Shown here piece by piece: positions 40,363 through 49,671 of a DNA stretch of 58,574 bases. Position numbers and translations under genes: made by a program. This DNA is from an uncultured Bacteroidota bacterium (GTDB taxonomy: Bacteria; Bacteroidota; Bacteroidia; Flavobacteriales; BACL11). Under the pieces are notes generated by a model. The model was not told where the DNA came from and searched no databases. It was given only the letters and a program-made list of their open reading frames with translations. Each line of letters begins with the position of its first letter. The stretch's first letter is position 1. The stretch lies in the NCBI GenBank assembly GCA_902533655.1, contig CACAMX010000002.1, positions 1 to 58,574 on the forward strand. Direction: 5' to 3'.

Positions 40363-43300
40363 ATGAGAGATTTCATAAAATATTTTGTCAAATATCCAGT
40401 ATCAGCAAATGTTATTATGGTTCTTATTATAATATTTGGATCGATGAGTTTATTCAATCTAAGAAAAACTTTCTTTCCTGAGAGGTCAGCAAAAATAATT
40501 TTTGTCAATTCAGTATTACCAGGAGCCTCACCTCTAGAAATTGAACAGATGGTAACGCTTAAAATAGAAGATAATATAGATGGAATTACAGGAATAAAAA
40601 AAATAACATCTAAGTCATTAGAAAACACTAGCACTATTATTGTTGAAATTGAGAATGATGTTAATAATCAACTGGTAGTTCAAGACATTAAAAATGCTAT
40701 TGACAGGATTAATTCCTTTCCTGATGACATGGAGTCTCCTTCTATATCTTTAATGGAAGACCTCAACCCAGCTATTTCTTTTGCAATAAACGGAGATGTA
40801 ACTTTGAGCCAACTTAAAAAAACAGCTGAGGAGATAGAAGACGATTTAAAAGCTATGAAAGGAATTTCTAAGGTCAGAATCTCTGGATACCCAAGTGAAG
40901 AAATTGAAATCTCTGTCAGAGAAAATGACATTAAAAAATATGGATTATCATTTCAAGATATTAACAATGCGATTAATTCTGAAAACATTGACATTACTGG
41001 TGGAACTATAAAAAGTAAAGATGAGAATTTTAAAATCAGAAGTAATAATAAAAAATACACCACTAATGAAATTTCAGAAATAGTTATAAAAAAAGTAAAC
41101 AAGAGAATAATAAAAATTAAAGATATTGCAACTGTTCAAAGAATTTGGCAGGATATCCCTAACAGAAAGTTCTACAATGATATTCCAGGCGTAGTAATTA
41201 ATGTTTTTAACACAAATAGTGAAGACATTACAATAGTTGCTACTAAAACTAGATCCTATCTTGAAAATTTCAATAAGATTAACAAAAATATTAAAGCAGA
41301 TATAATTGTTGACAACTCAGTTATTATTGAACAAAGAATCGCACTACTTACAAAAAATGGAGTTATTGGATTTGTTCTAGTTCTTTTAGTTTTAACTCTA
41401 TTTTTACACCCTAGTCTGGCGGGATGGGTTGCTGTAGCTATCCCTATTTCTTTTTCGGGGATGTTTATCCTTGCCTCTTTATATGGTGTCACCTTAAATG
41501 TTATTTCATTATTTGGAATGATAATTGTAATAGGTATTTTAGTCGATGATGGTATAATTATCGGAGAAAACATTTATCAAAGATTTGAAAAGGGGGAAGA
41601 CAGAATAAATGCTGCAATTAATGGAACTTTGGAGGTATTACCAGCCGTTACTTCAGCAATTTTAACAACTATTGTAGCTTTTTCATTGTTTTTCATGTTA
41701 GAAGGAATACTTGGCGATTTTTTTCCTGAAATGGGTTTTGTTGTAATTGGAACGTTAATTTTTTCCTTAATAGAGGGAATAATTATATTACCAACTCACA
41801 TAGCTCATTCAAAAGCATTACGGGGAGTCGAGCCTCATTATAGACTAAAAAAGATAATAAATAAAACTACTGCAACACTTAATATAATAAAGAATAAGTT
41901 TTATGCTCCATTATTGAGGTTTACTTTAAAAAATCCACTAACGGTAATTTTAATATTTGTCTGTTCACTGATTATTACTGTTAGTGCAATGAGTGCAGGA
42001 TTGATCAAGTCAACAGTTTTTCCAAACATTGAAGGAGAAAGTATTTTAGTGAATTTAAAGTTTGAACCAGGCTCAAGTGAAAAAAAATCTATAAAATGGA
42101 TTAATTTTGTTGAAAATAAAATTTTAGATGTCAACAATAAAATAAGCGATGAGTTTAACAATGGTAACTCATTAATAAGGGCTATAGAAAAAACATATGG
42201 AAATAATCAAGCGGCTGATCAATGGACACTATCAACCGCACAAAGCTCTGAAAAAAGCTATTTAAATGTGCTTTTAATCCCATCTGAAGAAAGATCGATA
42301 GGTACTTCTGAAATAACCAAGTATTTTAAAGAAGCTGTTGGTGAAATTCCAGGAGCCGAATCCCTTTCATTTGACATTGAATCTCCATTTGGTAGACCTA
42401 TTAGCATAGCTCTTTACTCCCAAAATAATAGCGAACTACTAAATGCTGTTAAAATACTAAAAGACTATATGATTAGCTTAAATATGATGAAAAATATTGA
42501 AAGTAGTGACCAAAAGGGATTGAAGGAATTAAAGCTAAGACTTAAAAATAAAGCTTATCAAATGAATTTGTCAACAGCTCAAATTTTAAGTCATGTAAGA
42601 AATGGTTTTTATGGTTTTGAGTCGCAAAGATTACAAATTGGAACGGATGAAGTCAAGATATGGATTAGATATGATAATCGAGACAGAAATTCAATATACG
42701 ATCTTGAAAATATGAGAATAAAAATAATGGGAAATAATTATCTTGTTGGAGATTTAGTTGATATTAAAATTGAAAGAGATTTGCTCAGTATTGATCATTT
42801 AGATGGAAAAAGATCAGTGCAAATTGATGCTGACCTTCTGAACCCAAAAATAGATAACCCTATTACTATTGCCTCGAATTTAGAGGGCTTTATTAACTCA
42901 AATATTAAAACAATTTATCCATCCATTAAACATTCAGTTGAGGGGCAAATCAGGTCACAAGCAGAGACAGGTAACTCATTAAAATTTTCTGGACCAATTG
43001 TACTAATATTAATGCTGACTATTGTATTATTTACTTTTAGAAGTATATTACAAACATTTGCTGTTTTTGTTCTTATTCCATTTGGCTTTATTGGCGTAGG
43101 CTGGGGACATTTTATTCATGACTTTCAGCTTTCAATGTTTTCATACTTTGGTATGATTGCATTAATTGGAATATTGGTTAATGACTCACTTGTCTTCATA
43201 AGTAAGTTTAACAAAAACCTAAAAGATGGTTTTACGTTTGAGGATGCATTAACAGCTACGGGTATGTCCAGATTTAGACCAATTATTTTAACTTCGATAA

Positions 43301-43548
43301 CAACAATTGTTGGGCTTGCCCCATTAATTTTTGAAAAGCAATTACAAGCTCAATTTTTAATTCCAATGGCAATAGCTATTGCATATGGACTTGTTTTAGC
43401 AACTTTATTGACACTTGTTTTCTTACCAGCATTTTTAAAGGTCATTAATAAAATTAGATATATTAAAGAATGGGTTTTTACCGGAAAAAGCCTCAACAGT
43501 GAGCTTAGAGAGCCCGCAGTTAAAGAAATGGACTATGAAAAGATTTAA
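40363..43548 (+). CDS. RND efflux transporter permease
   Basis: PGASPLEIE, GILVDDGIIIGEN, GILVNDS, RFRPIILTS.TT; 1061 aa. Confidence 0.95.
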   Translation: MRDFIKYFVKYPVSANVIMVLIIIFGSMSLFNLRKTFFPERSAKIIFVNSVLPGASPLEIEQMVTLKIEDNIDGITGIKKITSKSLENTSTIIVEIENDVNNQLVVQDIKNAIDRINSFPDDMESPSISLMEDLNPAISFAINGDVTLSQLKKTAEEIEDDLKAMKGISKVRISGYPSEEIEISVRENDIKKYGLSFQDINNAINSENIDITGGTIKSKDENFKIRSNNKKYTTNEISEIVIKKVNKRIIKIKDIATVQRIWQDIPNRKFYNDIPGVVINVFNTNSEDITIVATKTRSYLENFNKINKNIKADIIVDNSVIIEQRIALLTKNGVIGFVLVLLVLTLFLHPSLAGWVAVAIPISFSGMFILASLYGVTLNVISLFGMIIVIGILVDDGIIIGENIYQRFEKGEDRINAAINGTLEVLPAVTSAILTTIVAFSLFFMLEGILGDFFPEMGFVVIGTLIFSLIEGIIILPTHIAHSKALRGVEPHYRLKKIINKTTATLNIIKNKFYAPLLRFTLKNPLTVILIFVCSLIITVSAMSAGLIKSTVFPNIEGESILVNLKFEPGSSEKKSIKWINFVENKILDVNNKISDEFNNGNSLIRAIEKTYGNNQAADQWTLSTAQSSEKSYLNVLLIPSEERSIGTSEITKYFKEAVGEIPGAESLSFDIESPFGRPISIALYSQNNSELLNAVKILKDYMISLNMMKNIESSDQKGLKELKLRLKNKAYQMNLSTAQILSHVRNGFYGFESQRLQIGTDEVKIWIRYDNRDRNSIYDLENMRIKIMGNNYLVGDLVDIKIERDLLSIDHLDGKRSVQIDADLLNPKIDNPITIASNLEGFINSNIKTIYPSIKHSVEGQIRSQAETGNSLKFSGPIVLILMLTIVLFTFRSILQTFAVFVLIPFGFIGVGWGHFIHDFQLSMFSYFGMIALIGILVNDSLVFISKFNKNLKDGFTFEDALTATGMSRFRPIILTSITTIVGLAPLIFEKQLQAQFLIPMAIAIAYGLVLATLLTLVFLPAFLKVINKIRYIKEWVFTGKSLNSELREPAVKEMDYEKI

Positions 43549-44869
43549 TAAACTCAAGGCCATATGGACATTTGTTTTGCTTTCCATCTTTGGAGCTGTA
43601 GATGCTCAGAACTCGATAAGCTTGGAGAAAGTTTTAGCAATAACAATTGAAGAAAACATTGATATTAAAATCAAAACTACAGAGTTAGACCGGGTAAAAA
43701 ATTATGAAAAAGTAGGTGTTTTGGGGGTTCTACCCATAATTAAAATTAATGGTGGGGCATCTGGAAATACAGGTAGTTCTAGTATTGAATTTGCAACAGA
43801 AGACTTCCCTGAAATTAATGATGCTGACTCAGAATCAAAAAGTATAAGCGGAAATGTGGAGGTCAGCTACAGTTTGTTCGGGGGCCTAGGGTCGATCTAT
43901 ACATATCAAAAATTAAAAAAACAAAGTGATTTAAAATCTACAGAACTACTCATGAAAATTGAGCAAGTATTGTTAAATACCGCTAAACAGTACTATGATA
44001 TTGCTTATTTACAAGAAGAAAATAAAATATTATACGAGTTATTAGAAGTCTCTAAAGAAAGGTACTCCAGAGTTAAGATTCAGAACGAGTTTGGAAATGC
44101 ATCAAAATTAGACTTGCTAGCTGCTGAAATAGATTTAAACAAAGACAGCGTAAACGTTATGAGCTCAGACTACGAACTAAAAGCGGCAAAAGAAAGGCTT
44201 AATCAAATACTTAATAGAGACTTAAACACAGATTATGCAGTTGAAAGCTATGTTGAAATTAATAAGGATTTGAATTACAGTGAGTTATTAGATCTTACAA
44301 ACCAAAATAACAATAACATTTTGTTTCATCAATATTTGATTGAGATTACCAGAAAAGATAAAAAAATTAATAACACCTCAATTTTTCCTAGTGTCAGTGT
44401 TTCTGCTCAGTACGGTTACAATCAAAACGAAAGCAATACCAGCATAATTTTAGATCAATCAAATATTGGACTAACAGGATTTGTAAATTTATCATGGGAT
44501 ATTTTTGATGCTATGGCAAGAAAAAGAATTGCTCAAAATACACAAATAGAAATTGAGTCAAATGAATTGAAATTAGAAGCTATTAAAAAAGAGATTCAAA
44601 AAGAATTTAATGTTACCTACCAACAATATGAAAATAATATTAAGTTAATTGAAATTGAAATTAGAAATAATGAAGCGTCTGAAAGCTTTTTTCAGAGAGC
44701 AAAAAATCAGTTTTTTCAAGGGCAATTAAGTAGAAGCGATTTTAGATTAGCTCAAGTTGATTTAAGCATTTCAAAAAACAGATTAAACCAATCATTATTT
44801 AAGGCGAAAATAGCAGAACTCAATCTTTATAGGCTATCCGGCAAAATCATTAACGAAACCGTTGAATAA
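43535..44869 (+). CDS. TolC family outer-membrane factor
   Basis: Signal peptide from ATG 43535, two OEP repeats, YYDI..G..SKLDLL.A, AELNLYRLSG. Confidence 0.9.
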   Translation: MKRFNKLKAIWTFVLLSIFGAVDAQNSISLEKVLAITIEENIDIKIKTTELDRVKNYEKVGVLGVLPIIKINGGASGNTGSSSIEFATEDFPEINDADSESKSISGNVEVSYSLFGGLGSIYTYQKLKKQSDLKSTELLMKIEQVLLNTAKQYYDIAYLQEENKILYELLEVSKERYSRVKIQNEFGNASKLDLLAAEIDLNKDSVNVMSSDYELKAAKERLNQILNRDLNTDYAVESYVEINKDLNYSELLDLTNQNNNNILFHQYLIEITRKDKKINNTSIFPSVSVSAQYGYNQNESNTSIILDQSNIGLTGFVNLSWDIFDAMARKRIAQNTQIEIESNELKLEAIKKEIQKEFNVTYQQYENNIKLIEIEIRNNEASESFFQRAKNQFFQGQLSRSDFRLAQVDLSISKNRLNQSLFKAKIAELNLYRLSGKIINETVE

Positions 44870-44899
44870 TTTTCACATTAATCAAAAAACATTAACCAT

Positions 44900-44907
44900 T
44901 AAGTTTG
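44900..44907 (+). promoter_or_regulatory. Candidate -7 element (TAAGTTTG) for mltD
   Basis: TAnnTTTG match in a 118-nt gap, 80 nt from the ATG. Confidence 0.35.
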
Positions 44908-44987
44908 TTGTCATAATCAACAATAATAAGTTGATAATTGCAAGCTTTAATTTGTAAATCCCTAAAAGTAATTTAGAATTTTGTAAA

Positions 44988-46280
44988 ATGTTTGTTTTTA
45001 TAAGATACTCACTAGTTTTTTTTATTTTTTTAAGTGTAAGAAGTTACGGTGTTTGTTTTAAAAAAGAAAAAGATTCTGTCCAAACACAAATTTGTGATTC
45101 AAATGTTTTTTTAAAAAGGTTAGAACATTTGAATAATCAATCTCCTATGGATTTAAAATACAATGAACATATAGATTCTTTCATTAAAAATTACATAAAT
45201 AAAAACAGTAGATTAATATCAAGAATGTTAAATCTTTCTGAGTACTACTTCCCAATTTTTGAACAATGTTTAGATAAATATAACCTACCCCTTGAACTTA
45301 AATATCTGTCTATTGTTGAGTCGGCACTTAATCCAAAAGCTAGATCTAAATCTGGAGCAGTTGGTTTGTGGCAGTTTATGTACACAACTGGCAAAGAATA
45401 TGATTTAAAAGTAACATCTTTTCTAGACGAAAGACAAGACCCCTATAAATCCACTGAAGCTGCATGTATTTATTTTCAAAAACTTTATGATATGTTCGGT
45501 GATTGGAATCTCGTTTTAGCCGCTTACAACGGAGGCCCAGGCTATATTAAAAGAAAAATTAATAAAACAGGAAAGCAGGACTTTTGGAGTTTAAGACCTT
45601 ATCTAAGAACAGAAACAAGAAATTATGTTCCGACTTTTATAGCAATGAATTATATTATGAATTTTCATAAGGAACATGCTATAATTAAAGATACTATTGA
45701 TTTGAGATTAAAAGAACTAGATACTCTGACATTAAATGTTCAAGCAAGCTATTCATGTATCAGAGAAATGTTATGTGTAACCAATGATGAGCTTGTATTT
45801 CTTAATCCTCAGTATAAGTCAAATATTGTGCCCAATAATAACAGAATAATCTTACCAAGCTTTGCAGTTGAGGATTATTTACAAAATAAGGAAGTATGCA
45901 CTAATTTTATTGCCTCAGTTGAAAAAAAAGAAATATTAATTGATGAGCAACGTGTAGACTATATTGTTAATGATGGAGATTATTTAGGAAAGATTGCAAA
46001 GTATTTTGGAGTTAAAGTCTATGAAATTAAGAAATGGAATAATCTTAAAACATCACTTATTGATATAAATGATAGGTTAGTTATATATGTTAAAAATAAT
46101 TCTAATCAAGTTGACCATGAATCCAGGGATCTTAATATATATAAAGTTCAGCCAGGGGATACGCTTTGGGGAATAGCAAGTAGATTTGATGGTTTGTCAA
46201 TATGGAAGCTAAAAGAGATGAATAACCTTCATTCTGATAATTTAAAGCCAGGTATGGAAATTATAATACCTCAAATGTGA
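44988..46280 (+). CDS. mltD: Lytic transglycosylase with two LysM domains (MltD-like)
   Basis: IVESAL, GAVGLWQFM, AAYNGG, ETRNYVP, GDYLGKIA and GDTLWGIA LysM motifs. Confidence 0.92.
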   Translation: MFVFIRYSLVFFIFLSVRSYGVCFKKEKDSVQTQICDSNVFLKRLEHLNNQSPMDLKYNEHIDSFIKNYINKNSRLISRMLNLSEYYFPIFEQCLDKYNLPLELKYLSIVESALNPKARSKSGAVGLWQFMYTTGKEYDLKVTSFLDERQDPYKSTEAACIYFQKLYDMFGDWNLVLAAYNGGPGYIKRKINKTGKQDFWSLRPYLRTETRNYVPTFIAMNYIMNFHKEHAIIKDTIDLRLKELDTLTLNVQASYSCIREMLCVTNDELVFLNPQYKSNIVPNNNRIILPSFAVEDYLQNKEVCTNFIASVEKKEILIDEQRVDYIVNDGDYLGKIAKYFGVKVYEIKKWNNLKTSLIDINDRLVIYVKNNSNQVDHESRDLNIYKVQPGDTLWGIASRFDGLSIWKLKEMNNLHSDNLKPGMEIIIPQM

Positions 46281-47158
46281 GACTACTAATCATTTTAGTT
46301 TTTTTCTTTTCCTGTTCAACAGAGTCTGTTAAATTAGATTCTACAGGTCACTCTAGTGAAATTGTTATTGTTTCAAATACTAGTACTGCAAATAATGAAC
46401 AATTAGAAAAACTTGAAAAATTATTTTCAAGTGAGATTTATGGCTTAACTAGGTTTGAGCCCCAGTTCAAAATTTTAAACGTAAAAGAGTCTAATTTTAA
46501 AAGTATCATAAGAAGACACAAAAACATAATCATACTTACTGATAACTATCCCACAAAAAAGACAAATAATGTTTGGTCAAAAAATCAAATAGTGTGGTAC
46601 CTTGATTACAACGATATAAATTTTAATCTAAAAATTAATGAGATTTTTGATGATTTTTATTTGCAGGAGCTAAAATCTTACAGGTCCATTAATCAAAGCA
46701 ATCAAAACACTAAACTTTCAGAACTTTTGAGTTTAAAGTATGGTAAGCAATTTTTTGTTACCAATAATTTTATAAAAGCATATGATAGCGATAAAGTTAC
46801 AATTGTCACAGATAATAAGTCAAACAATGAACTCATACAACACATAGTATTCTTTAAACCTGAAAACCCCGTCCTTTCAAAAAATCAATTGTATATGTTA
46901 ACAGACTCATTATCTAAAAGATTATTAAAAGGGAGTAAATTAGGCTCTCATGTCAAGATTGAGAATATGTACGAACCAATTCTTTACAAAGGTTTTCATA
47001 GAGGTTTATGGAAGCTTAATAAAGGATTTATGGGTGGACCGATTATCATCAGAAACTACGATGAGTTAGAGATTATAACTTTTGGTATTATTTTTGCACC
47101 AAATGCGGATAAGCGTGGCTACATAAAAAAAATGGAAGCTATCTTGAGTTTTGAGTAA
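46277..47158 (+). CDS. DUF4837-like lipoprotein
   Basis: Lipobox FFSC, STG..SEI..V, GL..EP.F, RGLW..FMGGP, FAP..KR..MEAI. Confidence 0.75.
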   Translation: MRLLIILVFFFSCSTESVKLDSTGHSSEIVIVSNTSTANNEQLEKLEKLFSSEIYGLTRFEPQFKILNVKESNFKSIIRRHKNIIILTDNYPTKKTNNVWSKNQIVWYLDYNDINFNLKINEIFDDFYLQELKSYRSINQSNQNTKLSELLSLKYGKQFFVTNNFIKAYDSDKVTIVTDNKSNNELIQHIVFFKPENPVLSKNQLYMLTDSLSKRLLKGSKLGSHVKIENMYEPILYKGFHRGLWKLNKGFMGGPIIIRNYDELEIITFGIIFAPNADKRGYIKKMEAILSFE

Positions 47159-49670
47159 TGCTGATTTTTTGACGATATAATGCGTAACCAACTCTAATTT
47201 TAATAATATAAGTACCTGAGTTTATTTTGCTTACATCTATATAGTTACTAGAAACAAGATTGCCCTCTTTTATAATTTTTCCAGAAATACTTCTAATTTC
47301 AAAATGAACTACATCACTTGATTTTAATTTAACGTACAATTGATTACTGGCTGGATTTGGGTAAATATTTAAATTATTAACTATTTCAGAGTTTGTATAC
47401 GTAGAGCTTGAATTTAAGGGGCTATCCCAAATACCTCTACCAAAAGTTGCAGCTCTAATTCTGTTGGTGGGATAATGTATTTCAAGTTCATTGACAACAA
47501 CGTTGGGGAGTCCGTTTTTATATGGCACCCAATCGCTCATAGTGTTATCTTTATGAAATACACCAATATCTGTGCCAATATAGAGGTCTTCGTTTGCATT
47601 GGCTTGATAAACGATACAGTTAACAGGAAGGTTAGGAAGATTAGTACCTGTTATGTTTGTCCAAGATGCACCTCCATTGCTAGACTCAAAAACTTTATTA
47701 GAGGCATTATATTCCGATAAAGTGACCCAAAGCCTATCGGGGTCGTTATCGCTTACCGTAACATCTGAAATGTTATAATTAGGTAGCCCTGGTTTTATGC
47801 TGGTCCAAGATTGACCTCTATTGGTTGTCTTCATTAATCTAGAATAGGTTGCAGCGTAAATATAATCTTCGTTTGAGGGAGCTAGAGCTATTGTTCTAAC
47901 CGATTGTCCTCCGCTAACATTGTATGAGATAGAGTCCCAAACTGCACCAGAAGTTAGAGATAGGTATACTTCATCATATCCAGCAACAATCATATTATTA
48001 TTATTTGGATGTATTTTGTAAGGAGTAACCCATGCGCCATCATACGAAACTGGTTTAATATTGTCCCAATTATTTCCCCCATTAAATGATTTTCTTAATC
48101 CTCCATATTGAGATGAAGAATATAACAAATCTTCATCATAAGGGTCAATAGCACATTCCATTCCGTCTGCACCTCTAACTGCATCCCACACCCCATTTGT
48201 TAGCATCTCAGTTCCATTATCCTGCGCGCCTGCTATTAATCTACTTGCATTTGATTCAGAAAGTCCTAGCTTATAAAATTGTGATATTTCTAGTCCATCG
48301 CTAATATCTATCCAATTATTTAAATTATCTAAATACTTGTACAAACCACCATCATTTCCAGCATAAGGCACATTAGTTATTGGATGAAATTCTAGACAAT
48401 GCTGATCAACATGCATATACGCATAGTTACCATTTCCGCTCGACGCTTCAATAGTCCAATTTACACCTCCATCATTACTTTCCCATAAGTTTATTCCACC
48501 AACAAATAAATGATTTTCATCATTATTTGAAACACCTAAACTAAGATTATACCAAGATTGACCCCCTGTTCCTGTACCGTCAGTATCTCTTCCAAGTATA
48601 TTAGGTGAATTAGATTGCAGACTCCAATTATTTCCCCCATCAATCGATTTATAAATTCCATGAAAACTATAATCAGAAGCTGAGTAAAGTGCATAAATTA
48701 CGTTAGGATTAATCGGTGTAACAGCAATGAGTGGCCTATATTTTCCTGAGGATGCAACGCCATTATTAACGATAGACCAGTTGCCGCCACCGTCCAAGGA
48801 TCTGTACACGTTTGAACCACCACTTGATTGTTTAGCTGCGTATACAATATTGGGATTGCCAGGCATAAACTCTATATCCCTCCATCTACCCAAAGGAGCA
48901 CAATTACTCCAGCTTATACCACCATCAACGCTTAACATTATGTTTGTGTTTGTTGCAGCAAAAACACTATCTGAGTTATTGGGGTTGATCAATATTTTGT
49001 TGACTCTCTTATTAGCACCAACATTATAACTAAGGCCTGTGGTGCTCCATGTATCTCCTTGGTCGATAGATTTCAAAACTCCTATACTGTACGTGTCTGA
49101 AGCATTTGCATCACCAGTTGCTATATAAATTATATCTGTATTGTTTGGGTCAACAGCAATTGAGGAGACCCCGAGAACTGGCAAGTCATCGCTTGTTGTC
49201 ACCCAATTAACTCCTCCGTCAATTGATTTCCAAAATCCACCGCCTGGAGAACCCACGTAAATAATATTTTGATCATATGGGTCAAAAGCAATGGCATTAA
49301 TTCTACCAACACCGCGATTTTTCCCGTTGGACAAAATTATTGGGACGTTTGTTGGGCCAAGTGGTTTCCAATTTGAGCTGCTTGATTGCTCAGTTTTGCC
49401 TTTTTCTTTCAGCCACTCATTGTAAAGAGCTAAATGAGGAAATGTTCTATCATTTGAAACTCTTTTCTCAACAAAATCTAGCTCTCTAGCATAAGGCTTA
49501 TATCCATTTCCTTTTTCATAAGGTATGTTTTCTCTGTATTTATTGAAAGCATTTATTTTATCTTCAGTTGATGGAGAAGCATTAGTTTTTCTTAGATTAT
49601 CTTCCCAAATCTGAGCATATAAACTTTGTGTAAAAAACAGAGATGTTGAAAGCAATAAATACCTTAACAT
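47139..49670 (-). CDS. Asp-box (BNR/VPS10-like) beta-propeller protein with T9SS type-A CTD
   Basis: About 10 S/T-x-D/N-x-G-x-x-W repeats, WKPLGP..GVGRI, AATFGRGIW, IYPNPA..G.Y CTD; signal peptide from ATG 49670. Confidence 0.88.
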   Translation of the reverse strand: MLRYLLLSTSLFFTQSLYAQIWEDNLRKTNASPSTEDKINAFNKYRENIPYEKGNGYKPYARELDFVEKRVSNDRTFPHLALYNEWLKEKGKTEQSSSSNWKPLGPTNVPIILSNGKNRGVGRINAIAFDPYDQNIIYVGSPGGGFWKSIDGGVNWVTTSDDLPVLGVSSIAVDPNNTDIIYIATGDANASDTYSIGVLKSIDQGDTWSTTGLSYNVGANKRVNKILINPNNSDSVFAATNTNIMLSVDGGISWSNCAPLGRWRDIEFMPGNPNIVYAAKQSSGGSNVYRSLDGGGNWSIVNNGVASSGKYRPLIAVTPINPNVIYALYSASDYSFHGIYKSIDGGNNWSLQSNSPNILGRDTDGTGTGGQSWYNLSLGVSNNDENHLFVGGINLWESNDGGVNWTIEASSGNGNYAYMHVDQHCLEFHPITNVPYAGNDGGLYKYLDNLNNWIDISDGLEISQFYKLGLSESNASRLIAGAQDNGTEMLTNGVWDAVRGADGMECAIDPYDEDLLYSSSQYGGLRKSFNGGNNWDNIKPVSYDGAWVTPYKIHPNNNNMIVAGYDEVYLSLTSGAVWDSISYNVSGGQSVRTIALAPSNEDYIYAATYSRLMKTTNRGQSWTSIKPGLPNYNISDVTVSDNDPDRLWVTLSEYNASNKVFESSNGGASWTNITGTNLPNLPVNCIVYQANANEDLYIGTDIGVFHKDNTMSDWVPYKNGLPNVVVNELEIHYPTNRIRAATFGRGIWDSPLNSSSTYTNSEIVNNLNIYPNPASNQLYVKLKSSDVVHFEIRSISGKIIKEGNLVSSNYIDVSKINSGTYIIKIRVGYALYRQKISITQNSR

Positions 49671-49671
49671 G

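Noticed and set aside
39140..42161. Long antisense ORFs (146, 138, 106, 105 aa) opposite the RND genes, and similar ones elsewhere
   Set aside because: They are shadows of well-supported genes, with no motifs or dedicated promoters
44870..44987. Possible oriC-like spacer with DnaA-box-like words (TAATCAACA, AGTTGATAA)
   Set aside because: Only two poor matches in very AT-rich DNA; insufficient evidence
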